Below are positions 18,579 to 27,985 of a DNA stretch of 64,000 nucleotides, one piece after another (the first letter of the stretch is position 1; every line of letters starts with the position of its first letter). The translations under genes and the position numbers were made by a program. Source of the stretch: Candidatus Latescibacterota bacterium (lineage in GTDB: Bacteria > Latescibacterota > UBA2968 > UBA8231); assembly GCA_965217585.1 (NCBI GenBank), contig OZ244561.1, positions 1,536,001-1,600,000 on the forward strand, in the 5' to 3' direction. Under the pieces are notes generated by a model that searched no databases, was not told the DNA's origin, and saw only the letters and a list, made by a program, of their open reading frames with translations.

Positions 18579-19294
18579 ACCGCCTCATAGCGGTTGATGA
18601 TCTCGGTTTCGACCGCGCCGTCGGCCGCGATTCGGCGTACCGCAAGCGCAATCCGATGCTCGGGGTTTAGGGCTTCCCAGAGGCGGGCGGGCGCGTTGGT
18701 GAGGGGCAACAGGTAGGGAACTCCAGAAAACGAGGGCAGCGGGTCGCCATCGGAGTCGTACGTGGTAATGGCGTAACCGTAGCCCGGCTCGACGCAGTCG
18801 AAGCGGAAGAAGTGGCGTTCGCTGCGCTCGGGGTCAAAGGGGCTGGCCTTGAGTATGGCAAGCCAAGCCTCATCGACTTCCAAATCGACATAGCCCGCTA
18901 TGCGCGGCGTGTAGTTGGGCGGATCTGGCTCGTGTAACCAGCCAGCCAAGCTCTCGGCAAAACTGCGGCCGGCGGCAAAACTCTCGTGTATGGCGTCGGT
19001 ATGGACCCCATTGGAGACAATGCTGCGCCGAGCGCAAACTCGCATGGCGTTGTAAATGATGAGCGTGGGGTCGCTCAACTTCGCGGGATCCGCCGCTTCC
19101 GTCCGCAGTACGTCGCCCTCGGCGCTGAAAATGCGGTTGCGGCTGTTGGCACTGCGCCCCGCGATCCAGTAAACCTGCATCCAAGTCCCCTCCGCGGCCC
19201 GGCCGATGACAATGCCGCGGCCCACGTAGGGGTTTTCGGCCAGCCGTTGCTGCAAGTTGGCCGTTGCCTGTTCTCCTACCGTTTTTGGCACCAT
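18575..19294 (-). CDS. IMP cyclohydrolase-like protein (PurO-type Ntn fold)
   Basis: NPYVGRGIVIG, YWIAGRSANSRNR, SNGVHTD and EPDPPNYTPRI. Confidence 0.75.
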   Translation of the reverse strand: MVPKTVGEQATANLQQRLAENPYVGRGIVIGRAAEGTWMQVYWIAGRSANSRNRIFSAEGDVLRTEAADPAKLSDPTLIIYNAMRVCARRSIVSNGVHTDAIHESFAAGRSFAESLAGWLHEPDPPNYTPRIAGYVDLEVDEAWLAILKASPFDPERSERHFFRFDCVEPGYGYAITTYDSDGDPLPSFSGVPYLLPLTNAPARLWEALNPEHRIALAVRRIAADGAVETEIINRYEAV

Positions 19295-19361
19295 GCCACA
19301 TAGTATAGGACAACGCTACACTCGACAAAAGCGCCACAGCACTCGCCTTTTGGCACCCAAT

Positions 19362-19415
19362 AAAAAGGCCGGTTCTTTTTCTCGACGGGGAATTACCGAG
19401 AAAAGGCACCGGCCT
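19362..19415 (-). terminator. Intrinsic terminator
   Basis: Long stem AGGCCGGT..TTTTCTCG / CGAGAAAA..ACCGGCCT with a T-tract on the minus strand. Confidence 0.7.
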
Positions 19416-19438
19416 GAACGAGGTGCAGCCGAGGCGGC

Positions 19439-19636
19439 CTACTTACTGCGTTTTAGCACTGGCAGACCGTTTTTGCTTTCAGACACCTCATAGCCATCCG
19501 GCACCGCGTCGAGAGCACCTTCCTTTTCGGTTTTAGAAAAGAAGTAAATCGTCTGCGAGTTGCCGTTTCTGAGGGTCGTAGTCCGAGAGTGCAGAATATA
19601 CGCGACCCCCTTGGAATTTGTATGCGAAAAAGCCAT
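19439..19636 (-). CDS. Small hypothetical protein (65 aa)
   Basis: AAGGAGA SD and its own terminator; sequence MAFSHTNSKG...TIYFFSK...GYEVSESKNGLPVLKR. Confidence 0.75.
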   Translation of the reverse strand: MAFSHTNSKGVAYILHSRTTTLRNGNSQTIYFFSKTEKEGALDAVPDGYEVSESKNGLPVLKRSK

Positions 19637-19800
19637 AGCATCTCCTTACATTCAATCTAGAGGAAACATGGAAGTCGAACGGCGACGCACGACTTCTCTC
19701 TGAGTAGGGGAGTCTTTCTCCAAAAAAAGGCCATCTGCCCAAAATCGCAACTACTTTTATCGCCCCTCGTCTTGGGTCAGGACTGCCGCCAAGACGGCTC

Positions 19801-19829
19801 TTGACTAAGAGCAACCCATAGCGTAGAAT
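19801..19829 (+). promoter_or_regulatory. sigma70-type promoter for rpsU
   Basis: TTGACT, 17-nt spacer, TAGAAT. Confidence 0.65.
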
Positions 19830-19877
19830 ATATTTTCTTCATGTAGAGACTTAAAAGTCAAGGGTTAGGAGCAGTGA

Positions 19878-20225
19878 ATGAGCAATTTTAGCGTCGAGGT
19901 CAGATCGGATGAACCCTTTGAAAAGGCGCTGCGGCGCTTTACATCCAAAACCCGCAAAGCCGGCTTATTGCGCGACTTGAAGAAGCGGCGTTTCTATACT
20001 AAACCCTCGGTCCAGAAGAAGATCAACCGCCAAAAGAGCATCCGTCGGCAGCAGAAGGCCATTCGCATGGCCGAGGTCGGCTTTGTCCGTGGCGCGCGCG
20101 GGGCCGGGGCCGGTGGTGGGCGCGGGGCCGGGGCCGGGGCCGGGGCCGGGGCCGGGGCCGGGGCCGGTGGTGGGCGCGGGGCCGGTGGTGGGCGCGGGGC
20201 CGGTGGTGGGCGCAGCCCGCGTTAG
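19878..20225 (+). CDS. rpsU: 30S ribosomal protein S21 with Gly/Ala/Arg-rich C-terminal tail
   Basis: EPFEKALRRF...GLLRDLKKRRFYTKPS; AGGAG SD. Confidence 0.9.
   Translation: MSNFSVEVRSDEPFEKALRRFTSKTRKAGLLRDLKKRRFYTKPSVQKKINRQKSIRRQQKAIRMAEVGFVRGARGAGAGGGRGAGAGAGAGAGAGAGGGRGAGGGRGAGGGRSPR
20100..20213 (+). repeat. G-rich tandem repeats: (GGGGCC)7 plus 18-bp units
   Basis: (GGGGCC)7 at 20124-20165; GGGGCCGGTGGTGGGCGC at 20106, 20160, 20178 and 20196. Confidence 0.9.
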
Positions 20226-20324
20226 GTCTTTTTTGTAAGCCAACCCTGTTGGTCGGCGTCCTTAAGACCTGCTTGGAACGCTCAGCTCAACGCAATTAGC
20301 AATCGAAGGGAGGTAACCTTCATC

Positions 20325-20564
20325 ATGTCCGAACGTCAAAGTGGATCCGTCAAGTGGTTCGATAGTTCCAAGGGGTTTGGTTTCATTCAGCGCGAAGGAC
20401 AAGACGACGTCTTCGTCCATTACAGTGCGATTCGCGGCGATGGTTTCCGCTCCCTAGAGGAAGGTCAGCGGGTGGAATTTGAGACGGTCACTAGCCCCAA
20501 GGGCCTCCAAGCCAGAGACGTGGTCGTCATCGGCGCGACCCCCCAAACCGAAACACCCCAATAA
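20325..20564 (+). CDS. Cold-shock protein (CspA family)
   Basis: GSVKWF, KGFGFI (RNP1) and DVFVHYS (RNP2); GGAGG SD. Confidence 0.95.
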   Translation: MSERQSGSVKWFDSSKGFGFIQREGQDDVFVHYSAIRGDGFRSLEEGQRVEFETVTSPKGLQARDVVVIGATPQTETPQ

Positions 20565-20583
20565 TCCCTCAGACAAACACGAC

Positions 20584-20617
20584 AAGCGCGGGGCCTTTTG
20601 GGCACCCGCGCTTTTTT
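20584..20617 (+). terminator. Intrinsic terminator
   Basis: AAGCGCGGG...CCCGCGCTT followed by a T-tract. Confidence 0.8.
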
Positions 20618-20630
20618 ATGCCAACTCAGT

Positions 20631-21053
20631 CTAGTGAGTCTGGAAAAACTCCACGACTTCGCCGTTGGGTCCTTTGAAAAAGGCGACCGTCACGTTCAGC
20701 CGGTCCAGCGTCAGATCCTTGGGTTCGACCGTGATCTCGCATCCGGCCGCTCGCACCCGCTCCGTGGCGGCACGCGCGTCTGTAACCGCCAAGGCAAAGT
20801 GCGTCACCGGATCATTCGGGCTTTCAGCTCCAGGTGCGGGTGATTCGGCCGTGGGAGCGAAGAGTTCGAGGTGGCTTCCGTCGCCCGCGTCCAAAAGCGC
20901 GATTTTGCGCTCGGGCGAACCGAATTCGGCGATGACCTCCATACCCAGCACATCTCGGTAAAAGCTCAACGAAGTTTCCCAATCGCGCGTCTGCACGGCC
21001 ACGTGGTGCATTCCACAACCGGCGATTATAGCGTTTTTATCTCCTACGGGCAT
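20631..21053 (-). CDS. VOC/glyoxalase family protein
   Basis: MHHVAV, FYRDVLG, LELF, HFAL and GPNGEVVEFF; start re-called at MPVG. Confidence 0.85.
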   Translation of the reverse strand: MPVGDKNAIIAGCGMHHVAVQTRDWETSLSFYRDVLGMEVIAEFGSPERKIALLDAGDGSHLELFAPTAESPAPGAESPNDPVTHFALAVTDARAATERVRAAGCEITVEPKDLTLDRLNVTVAFFKGPNGEVVEFFQTH

Positions 21054-21075
21054 CGACGTTCTTCCTTTCCTTGCT

Positions 21076-22203
21076 TTAGTGAAACTGCCTAGAGGCCACC
21101 AAGTGCGCGAAACGCGCGATCGTCTCCTCCAAGTCGAATCCGTACACGGCCTTGTTTCCCGCAACGACCTGCCCGACCACGTCTGCCGGCAGGGCATTGT
21201 CGCCGCAACAAGCCCCTACCAGCGCCCCGGTAATCCCGGCATAGCAGTCGATATCCGCGTAGCGGCTCCAGTACCCCTCCTCGTCGAGATCGCCTTGATT
21301 GGCCGCCACTTGCAGCGCGAGGGACGGGTCGTCGGGATGGGACAAGAGCGCGGCAAAGGCAATGGCCAGCGCCCGGAAGGGGTCGAAGACGCTAAAATGG
21401 CGCAGGTCCCACGTGAGGAACTCGGCCAATTCTGCGGCTCTTTTACCTGCGGCTCTCGCCAGTAGCGGCGGCAGCTTCTGCCGGATGAAAGCGTCCCCGA
21501 AATACCCTCCCAAGCACAGGGGATCCAGCGCCAATACCGCATCGACCAAAACCGGCGGCGACATATCGGCCAGCGCCGCACTCTGCGCCGCCGCCAATAG
21601 CGCGGTGGCCTCGCGTGCGTAGCCTACCGCAAAAAAATCTGCCTCATATGCAGCGCGATAAGCCCCTTCGGGATCACCGGGAAAAAGCAGGCCCGCCGAT
21701 GGCAGCACCAGCAGCCCGGCCAGAGTCGGATAGTTAAGCCCTATGCTCCGCGTGGCGAGCACCGCGGGCGGCACTCCTCGATAGCGCGGCGATTCCTCCC
21801 CCAGACAACCGCGGCTAACCCCTTCCCACACCTCAAACTGCTCTCGCGCCAGTTCAGCGCTGCCGGGAAAGAAATCCCCGGGCCGCTCATACACGTCCAA
21901 CAATCGCCGCGCCACCTCCCGATCCGCCGGCATCCTCCCCAGTTCGACGGCCAACTCCATAAAAAGATAATTGTAGCGCGCGTCGTCGGTACCCGTGCCC
22001 GCCGGTGCTTGGTCGGCCCATATTCCATGCGGCCCCTTTTTCCCGGCGAATGGGTGGAGCCGCCCCAGCCACGGCTCGCCCGTGCGCTTTTTAACGGCAT
22101 CTGGCGGCGCGAATTCAAACGGCGCACCCAAGGCGTCTCCCCAAGCCTGGGCGAGCACCGAGCCGCGGATCCTCGATTGCAGCGTCGGTTTCATTGAACC
22201 CAT
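21076..22203 (-). CDS. ADP-ribosylglycohydrolase family protein
   Basis: AWGDALGAPFE, GTDD and DIDCYAGITGALVGA. Confidence 0.85.
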   Translation of the reverse strand: MGSMKPTLQSRIRGSVLAQAWGDALGAPFEFAPPDAVKKRTGEPWLGRLHPFAGKKGPHGIWADQAPAGTGTDDARYNYLFMELAVELGRMPADREVARRLLDVYERPGDFFPGSAELAREQFEVWEGVSRGCLGEESPRYRGVPPAVLATRSIGLNYPTLAGLLVLPSAGLLFPGDPEGAYRAAYEADFFAVGYAREATALLAAAQSAALADMSPPVLVDAVLALDPLCLGGYFGDAFIRQKLPPLLARAAGKRAAELAEFLTWDLRHFSVFDPFRALAIAFAALLSHPDDPSLALQVAANQGDLDEEGYWSRYADIDCYAGITGALVGACCGDNALPADVVGQVVAGNKAVYGFDLEETIARFAHLVASRQFH

Positions 22204-22215
22204 CGGGGCCGACGG

Positions 22216-22578
22216 TTAAAGCAGATGGAAGAAGATATAGGCCGCCAGCCCAGTGCCGACTACGGCACCGCCGTAGCAGAAGTAGTGAATGGGAAGGATA
22301 AACTTCCGCACCCCAAACTCGTGGAGCATGAAGCGGATGCGGTGCGCTGCGTGGTAGAGAGGTAGGACGGCCACGACGAAAAAGAACACCTTGGCCAGCG
22401 GGTGGCTGAGCAACTCGCGCATGGCCTCGTATCCGCTCGCCTCCGAGCCGACCAAGCCCAGCGGCTCAGCCAGCCCGGCGAAGTAAATCAGCACGGGGAT
22501 CAACATGGCGGCTACCACGCCGCCAGCGGAAAACAGGCTCCACCAGAAAGGTTCGGTTTTGTCTTGTTTGTAGCTCAT
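22216..22578 (-). CDS. frdD: Fumarate reductase subunit D
   Basis: EPFWWSLFSAGG and HAAHRI; 3 transmembrane helices; last gene of the operon. Confidence 0.85.
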   Translation of the reverse strand: MSYKQDKTEPFWWSLFSAGGVVAAMLIPVLIYFAGLAEPLGLVGSEASGYEAMRELLSHPLAKVFFFVVAVLPLYHAAHRIRFMLHEFGVRKFILPIHYFCYGGAVVGTGLAAYIFFHLL

Positions 22579-22582
22579 GGCT

Positions 22583-22978
22583 CTACACATACAGGAAAAT
22601 GTAGCCGACGGCCGCCGACACGAGGAAAAATCCGACGAAAGCACCAGCCGTTACCAATTTGGGTGGCACAGTAAACGCGCCCATCCGCACGACCTGCACC
22701 CGGCCCATTACCCCCAGCCAAGTGATCGTGTGGTAGAGAGCAAAGACAAACGCAACCGCGTAAAAGGCCACAAACGCCGGCGTCGTCAATACGGAGCGGC
22801 AAGCCGCATACGCCTCCGGCCCCTTGGCCAGCGCAAAGAGCTGGTAGAGGAAGAGGAGGACGAAGGCGGCGATGAAGACGCTGCTCAATTCGCGCATCAT
22901 AAACAAGAAGTAGTTACGACTCTTCAGCCACCAAGTCGCAGATAGCTTTGGCTTGTAGGTTTCGTACGACTGGCTCAT
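22583..22978 (-). CDS. frdC: Fumarate reductase subunit C
   Basis: TWWLK...YFLFMMRE and YHTITW; 3 transmembrane helices. Confidence 0.85.
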   Translation of the reverse strand: MSQSYETYKPKLSATWWLKSRNYFLFMMRELSSVFIAAFVLLFLYQLFALAKGPEAYAACRSVLTTPAFVAFYAVAFVFALYHTITWLGVMGRVQVVRMGAFTVPPKLVTAGAFVGFFLVSAAVGYIFLYV

Positions 22979-23721
22979 TTGTTCCCCCAAGGCATGAGAA
23001 AGGATTTGAACCAGTTAGTCGTGGTCTCGACCTTGGTGCGCTGGATGGCGGCGGCCGGGTCCACATCCTTGGGACAAACCACCGAGCATTCCCCGATAAA
23101 GGTGCATTCCCAAATGCCCTCACTGCTAGCGGCGACGACCGTGCGCTGGGCGTAGCCTTCGTCGCGCGAGTCGAGGTTGTAGCGGTAGGAAAGCGCGAGG
23201 GCCGCTGGGCCGACGAAGACGTCTTCCAGCCCATAGACCGGACAAGCCGCGTAGCACAGCAGGCAGTTGATGCACTGGCTGAACTGCTTGAACTCCTTTA
23301 GCTCCGCGGGCGACTGCAAGTACTCTCCTTCAGAGACCGGCTTTTCTTCCTCGCGAATGATCCACGGCTGGACCGCCTTGAGCTTATCCATGAAATCTTC
23401 TACATCGACGACCAAGTCGCGGATGATCGGGAAGTGGGCGAGGGGCTGGATCACCAGCTCATTCGGATAGTAGTCCTTGAGAAAGGCTGCGCAGGTCAAC
23501 TTAGGCTCGCCGTTGACCATCATACCGCAAGAGCCGCACACACCCATGCGGCACGACCAGCGGTACGAGAGGGTGCCGTCGAGGTGATCTTTGATGTAGT
23601 TGAGCGCGTCGAGGACGACCCAGTCCTCCTGATAGGGAACCTCGTAAACCTGCTCGGTGGGTGCGTCCTCCTGCTCGGGTCGGAAGCGGGTCACCCGGAT
23701 GCCAATGGTCTTGTCGCTCAT
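22975..23721 (-). CDS. frdB: Fumarate reductase/succinate dehydrogenase iron-sulfur subunit
   Basis: [22 protein letters not shown] and [12 protein letters not shown] clusters. Confidence 0.92.
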   Translation of the reverse strand: MSDKTIGIRVTRFRPEQEDAPTEQVYEVPYQEDWVVLDALNYIKDHLDGTLSYRWSCRMGVCGSCGMMVNGEPKLTCAAFLKDYYPNELVIQPLAHFPIIRDLVVDVEDFMDKLKAVQPWIIREEEKPVSEGEYLQSPAELKEFKQFSQCINCLLCYAACPVYGLEDVFVGPAALALSYRYNLDSRDEGYAQRTVVAASSEGIWECTFIGECSVVCPKDVDPAAAIQRTKVETTTNWFKSFLMPWGNK

Positions 23722-23733
23722 AGCTCCTCTCAA

Positions 23734-25443
23734 CTAGTAGGTGCGCTCTTGGGGCTGCCAGCGGGTAATGAGGACATCTTGGTATTCAATGCGCGGCTCG
23801 CCATCGGTGCGGTACGCCAAGGAGTGGCAGAGGAAGTTTTCGTCGTCGCGTTCCTCGTAGTCCAGGCGCGAATGCGAGCCGCGCGACTCCCGGCGCAACA
23901 ATGCCGAATGGGCCACGGTCTCAGCCACATCGAGCAGCGAACCCAGTTCCAAAGCGGCGGTCAGTTCGGTATTGAAGACCGATGAGTTGTCGTCAACTTG
24001 GACGCGAGTATAGCGTTCCTTGAGCTTGGGCAACTCGGCGCAGGTCGCCTCTAGGCTCTCCTGTTGGCGGTAAATGCCCGCCCCTTGCTCCATCGTCTTC
24101 TGCAGATCCGTGCGAATGTCGGCAATTTTCTCGCTGCCTTCGTTTTTGAAAAACGCATTTTCAATCCGCTGCCACTCGTCGGCCGCCATCTGCTCTAAGC
24201 TGCTGTACGGCGGTGTGTTGGCCTCCGCGGCGTACTCGGCGGCATACCGGCCGGCCCGAGCGCCGAAGACCAAAAGCTCGGACAGCGAGTTGGAGCCGAG
24301 GCGATTGGCCCCGTTCATGGTGACACAGGCCGTTTCTCCGGCCGCGAACAGACCCGGAATCGGCGTCGCTGTAGTAATGTCGGTGTGAATGCCGCCCATC
24401 ATGTAGTGGACCACCGGGCGCACAGGTACCGGCTCGTACACGGGATCGATGCCCACGTAGTTTTTGGTCAGCTCGCGCACGAAGGGGATGCGCTCGTCGA
24501 TTTTCTTTTCGCCCAAGTGCCGCAAATCAAGATGGACGTAGGTACCGTACGGGCCAGAAAAGACCCGACCGGCCCGCTCCTCGTGGACGAACGCCCGCGA
24601 AACCATGTCGCGCGGGCCTAATTCCATTTTGTCGGGTAGGTATTCGCTGAGGTAGCGGTCGCCCTTATTGTTGATTAGGTAGCCGCCCTCGCCGCGCGAT
24701 GCCTCGGTCATTAGGATGCCCGTGCCCGGCAGCCCCGTGGGATGGTACTGCACAAATTCCATGTCCTTGAGTGGACAGCCCGCTTGGTAGGCCATGGACA
24801 TGCCGTCGCCGGTCTTGATGGCGGCATTAGTCGTAAAGGGAAAAATGCGCCCGCCGCCGCCCGTGCAGATGATCACGGCCTTGGCCGGAATCGCCTGCAT
24901 GGCACCGGAGCGCACGTTGATCGCTGCCACGCCGCAGGCCGCGCCATTGTCGTCGAGCAGCAGTCGCGTCCCGTACCACTCGTCGTAGCGCTGGATGCGG
25001 TCGTATTTGAGCGAAGTCTGGAAGAGGGCGTGCAGCATGTGGAAGCCGGTCTTGTCGGCCGCGTACAGGGTCCGCTTGACCGTCATGCCGCCGAAAGCGC
25101 GCACGCTGATCCGGCCGTCGTCGTCGCGGCTCCAAGGGCAGCCCCAATGCTCCAATTGAATCAACTCGTCGCGGGCCTCTTTGACGAAGATCTCAACTAC
25201 GTCTTGGTCAGCGAGGAAATCGCTGCCTTTAATGGTGTCGAAGGCATGGGAGTCAAAGCTGTCGTCTTCGCGTATCACCGCCGCGGAGCCACCCTCGGCT
25301 GACACCGTGTGGCTGCGCATCGGGTACACTTTGGAGACCAGGCCGACGCTGAGGTTCGGATCGAGCTCGACAGCGGCAATCGCCGCCCGCAGACCCGCAC
25401 CACCGCCGCCTACGATTAGTATGTCGTGTTCAGGTACATTCAC
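23734..25443 (-). CDS. frdA: Fumarate reductase/succinate dehydrogenase flavoprotein
   Basis: [16 protein letters not shown] (covalent FAD His), QYHPTG, HYMMGG and [10 protein letters not shown]. Confidence 0.92.
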   Translation of the reverse strand: MNVPEHDILIVGGGGAGLRAAIAAVELDPNLSVGLVSKVYPMRSHTVSAEGGSAAVIREDDSFDSHAFDTIKGSDFLADQDVVEIFVKEARDELIQLEHWGCPWSRDDDGRISVRAFGGMTVKRTLYAADKTGFHMLHALFQTSLKYDRIQRYDEWYGTRLLLDDNGAACGVAAINVRSGAMQAIPAKAVIICTGGGGRIFPFTTNAAIKTGDGMSMAYQAGCPLKDMEFVQYHPTGLPGTGILMTEASRGEGGYLINNKGDRYLSEYLPDKMELGPRDMVSRAFVHEERAGRVFSGPYGTYVHLDLRHLGEKKIDERIPFVRELTKNYVGIDPVYEPVPVRPVVHYMMGGIHTDITTATPIPGLFAAGETACVTMNGANRLGSNSLSELLVFGARAGRYAAEYAAEANTPPYSSLEQMAADEWQRIENAFFKNEGSEKIADIRTDLQKTMEQGAGIYRQQESLEATCAELPKLKERYTRVQVDDNSSVFNTELTAALELGSLLDVAETVAHSALLRRESRGSHSRLDYEERDDENFLCHSLAYRTDGEPRIEYQDVLITRWQPQERTY

Positions 25444-25533
25444 GGGAAAATCTGCTTAGATAAATGGTTATGTTGCGAAGGACAAAAAAATTAAATCATA
25501 TCGCCGATAGGAGCAACTGCTAGCCCGGCGAGA

Positions 25534-26481
25534 TTACGCCGGGGCATGTAGTGCCCGCAGCCGGGCCACTTCGCGCGATGTGGCGCGCCAAGTCGGGCCG
25601 GATTCGTGGCGCAGGGCATAGCCCATCGGGGTGAGTTCTTCGACCTCGGAGAAAAAGTGGTCCTGCCCCTTTTGAATGCAGTCCATCACTTTGTCGTCAG
25701 CCGTTGGATTGCGCTGGATGCGTGCTCTAACCGTCAAGTCCGCTCCCTGGTCCAACAGATACTCAAAGGTCTCCCAGCCCGTTCCTTGGTTGGCACCAAT
25801 GGCGTGGAAGAGAGGCGTCTGGCCGCCCACGCCGTTGCGGCCGATCTCGGCGCGGGCATTCAAATCGGCACCGCGCCTCAGCAGCAGGTTCACGGCATCC
25901 AGCTCGTGATATTCAACCGCCACGTGCAGGAGGGTGACACCCCGCAGCGTGAGATGGTCGCCATAGTCGAGCGAGAAGCATGTCGCGACCAAGTCGGGAC
26001 AGCGATCGAGGCGCTGCTCCAGTTGGTCGAGATGGCCTCGGTGGATATCCATCGTCGGGCCATCCTCAAAGGTGGCTCCCGCTTCGATGAGTGCTTCGAC
26101 GCAGGCGTGCAGGTGGGCGGGAGGCGAGCGGTGGTACGTCTGCAAAAGTCCGTAGAGGACGCGGCAGTCCCAGCCTTCGTTGTACGCGTCGTCGGGGTGG
26201 ACGCCCAGCTTTAGCAGACGCTGCATGTGGTCTAGATTGTGATTCTCGCAGCACCCAAAGAGCGCTCCGTTCAATTCGCGCAGATCGGCACCGAATTCGA
26301 CCAACAGACGCATGGCGTCCAAGCTAGCGTCAATGCGGTCGGCGTATTGCAAGGGGGTATAGCTCTGCCCGTTCGCGCATTCGACGCGGTGGTGAACCAA
26401 ATGCGGGTGCTGGCGCAGCAGGGTCGCCAAGGTGTCTAAATCGCTCTCGTCGAGGGCCTTTTGCAAGTCCGTGCTATTCAT
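25534..26481 (-). CDS. Ankyrin repeat protein
   Basis: TPLQYA, TLLHVAV, GQTPLFHA and LL..GADL repeats. Confidence 0.8.
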   Translation of the reverse strand: MNSTDLQKALDESDLDTLATLLRQHPHLVHHRVECANGQSYTPLQYADRIDASLDAMRLLVEFGADLRELNGALFGCCENHNLDHMQRLLKLGVHPDDAYNEGWDCRVLYGLLQTYHRSPPAHLHACVEALIEAGATFEDGPTMDIHRGHLDQLEQRLDRCPDLVATCFSLDYGDHLTLRGVTLLHVAVEYHELDAVNLLLRRGADLNARAEIGRNGVGGQTPLFHAIGANQGTGWETFEYLLDQGADLTVRARIQRNPTADDKVMDCIQKGQDHFFSEVEELTPMGYALRHESGPTWRATSREVARLRALHAPA

Positions 26482-26842
26482 AGCCGTACTTTCTAACTGC
26501 GTCTTCGTCAAAGCCCATAAAATGCGCTAGCTCGTGTACCAAGGTGGTCTCCACCTCCCGCGCCAGTTCGCCCCGATCGGGGAAGTCTTCCTCCAAAGGC
26601 CCCTGATAGAGCGCGATTACCGGCGGCAGGTCGCCGCTGTCTTCGAGGCGGCGCTCGGGTAGAGGCGTGCCCGTGAAAAGTCCGTAGAGCACTTCTTCTG
26701 GATCGCCGGTTATCTCCTCGACCAACTCGGGGTCGGGCCAGTCCTCGACGACGATGGCTAGGTTGTCCAGCGCTTGGCGGAACTCTTCCGGTAGGCGCTG
26801 GAGGGCCTTTTCCACCAGCTTTTCAAACGCACGGCGGCGCAT
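26474..26842 (-). CDS. Zincin-like metallopeptidase (Zincin_1/DUF1025)
   Basis: LP.EF, LYGLFTG, IALYQGP and TLVHELAHFMG. Confidence 0.88.
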   Translation of the reverse strand: MRRRAFEKLVEKALQRLPEEFRQALDNLAIVVEDWPDPELVEEITGDPEEVLYGLFTGTPLPERRLEDSGDLPPVIALYQGPLEEDFPDRGELAREVETTLVHELAHFMGFDEDAVRKYGYE

Positions 26843-26876
26843 GGCTGGTTGCGCGGAAGTAATCGATGTGAAGGCC

Positions 26877-27140
26877 CTACTCGTCGTCTTCTAGGAGGGA
26901 CTGGAATGCCTTCAGACTGTCCACTTGGATCGCCGCCCGATGCAACTGCTTGAGACGCTGCAAATCCTCGATGTCCCGTATGCGAGCGGCCAACGGTTCC
27001 GCCGCGCCGAGTGCAAAACGAATCTCCAGTACGTCGAGCAGATCTTCAATGGCGCGTTCTCGGCCGCCTTGCTCAATGCCTTCCTCGCGGGCTTGTTGGG
27101 TCAAGTATTGGGCAAACGATGATTCGCGGATGAGGTCCAT
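26877..27140 (-). CDS. Putative internally initiated short Rpn form (87 aa, antitoxin-like)
   Basis: In-frame ATG (MDLIRESS) preceded by AAGGAGG 5 nt upstream. Confidence 0.5.
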   Translation of the reverse strand: MDLIRESSFAQYLTQQAREEGIEQGGRERAIEDLLDVLEIRFALGAAEPLAARIRDIEDLQRLKQLHRAAIQVDSLKAFQSLLEDDE

Positions 27141-27779
27141 GATTCCCTCCTTCAAAAGAATAGCAGCAATGACTTCGGGCGCGTACACCAACCCGCTGAG
27201 CACCGACAGACCACCGACCAAATTGCCCCGTATCGACTCCGCCAGCGGCCGTGCCAAGACCGCCTGCACACACTCACGCAACCACGCCTCGCCGGTCTGC
27301 CCCGCAGGCGGCTGCATCAACGGGGCCAACGGAAGCAGCCCCGCAGGCCCTGCCGCCAAGATGGGTCGGCCTTCCAACTCGCTCAGCCGGAGCACTTTGT
27401 ACTCAATCAGGATGCGGTGGCCGGGGTGCTCTTGGAAATAGTGGCCCGGATCGCGTCGGCCGGCGTCCGGCCGCAAATAGATGACGCTAGAAAACACCGG
27501 CAGGCCGTGCTGCTCAAGGGCGCGCCCGATATAGCCGGCCATCCGCTGCGGCATCGGCGGATGCGTACTGTCCGTGGTCTGAAATTCGGTGTGAACCAAC
27601 CCCTCCTTGCCGCCGAGCCGGACGCGCAGCAGGCTATCGGTCTGGCGCGCCTCCACGGTGAGTTGCTCCGGGTCAATCACTTCTACGACCTCGACGTCAT
27701 CGCGGCCGAGGGTGAAACGGGCAAAATCGTCGGGGTAGTGGTGAATCAGAAACTTGGAAACGCTATCAAAGTCGGCCAT
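26877..27779 (-). CDS. Rpn/YhgA-like PD-(D/E)XK nuclease (long form)
   Basis: FDSVSKFL...P.DF, QTDSLL, HTEFQT, MPQRMAGY, LLPLAPL, and a REEGIEQG C-terminal motif. Confidence 0.8.
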   Translation of the reverse strand: MADFDSVSKFLIHHYPDDFARFTLGRDDVEVVEVIDPEQLTVEARQTDSLLRVRLGGKEGLVHTEFQTTDSTHPPMPQRMAGYIGRALEQHGLPVFSSVIYLRPDAGRRDPGHYFQEHPGHRILIEYKVLRLSELEGRPILAAGPAGLLPLAPLMQPPAGQTGEAWLRECVQAVLARPLAESIRGNLVGGLSVLSGLVYAPEVIAAILLKEGIMDLIRESSFAQYLTQQAREEGIEQGGRERAIEDLLDVLEIRFALGAAEPLAARIRDIEDLQRLKQLHRAAIQVDSLKAFQSLLEDDE

Positions 27780-27837
27780 ACCCTAGCAACGTTCTACGAT
27801 ACGCACAGGGATGTCAAGGCAGCGTACCACAGCATAC

Positions 27838-27871
27838 AAAGGCCGCCGGGGTTGGAAATCCAGCGGCCTTT
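27838..27871. terminator. Intrinsic terminator-like hairpin
   Basis: AAAGGCCGC...GCGGCCTTT. Confidence 0.65.
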
Positions 27872-27875
27872 GGAA

Positions 27876-27981
27876 AGTCCTCGACGACGGTGGCTAGGTT
27901 GTCCAGCGCCTAGCGGAACTCCTCCGGCAGGCGCTGGAGGGCCTTTTCCACCAGCTTTTCAAACGCACGGCGGCGCACGGC
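27876..27981 (-). pseudogene. Degenerate duplicate of the zincin gene 5' end
   Basis: 106-bp direct repeat of 26740-26845 with 6 mismatches, including ATG>GTG and CAA>TAG. Confidence 0.85.
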
Positions 27982-27985
27982 AATG

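Noticed and set aside
19965-20243. Antisense ORF with PG/PAPTTG repeats
   Set aside because: Simply the reverse reading of the rpsU repeat tail.
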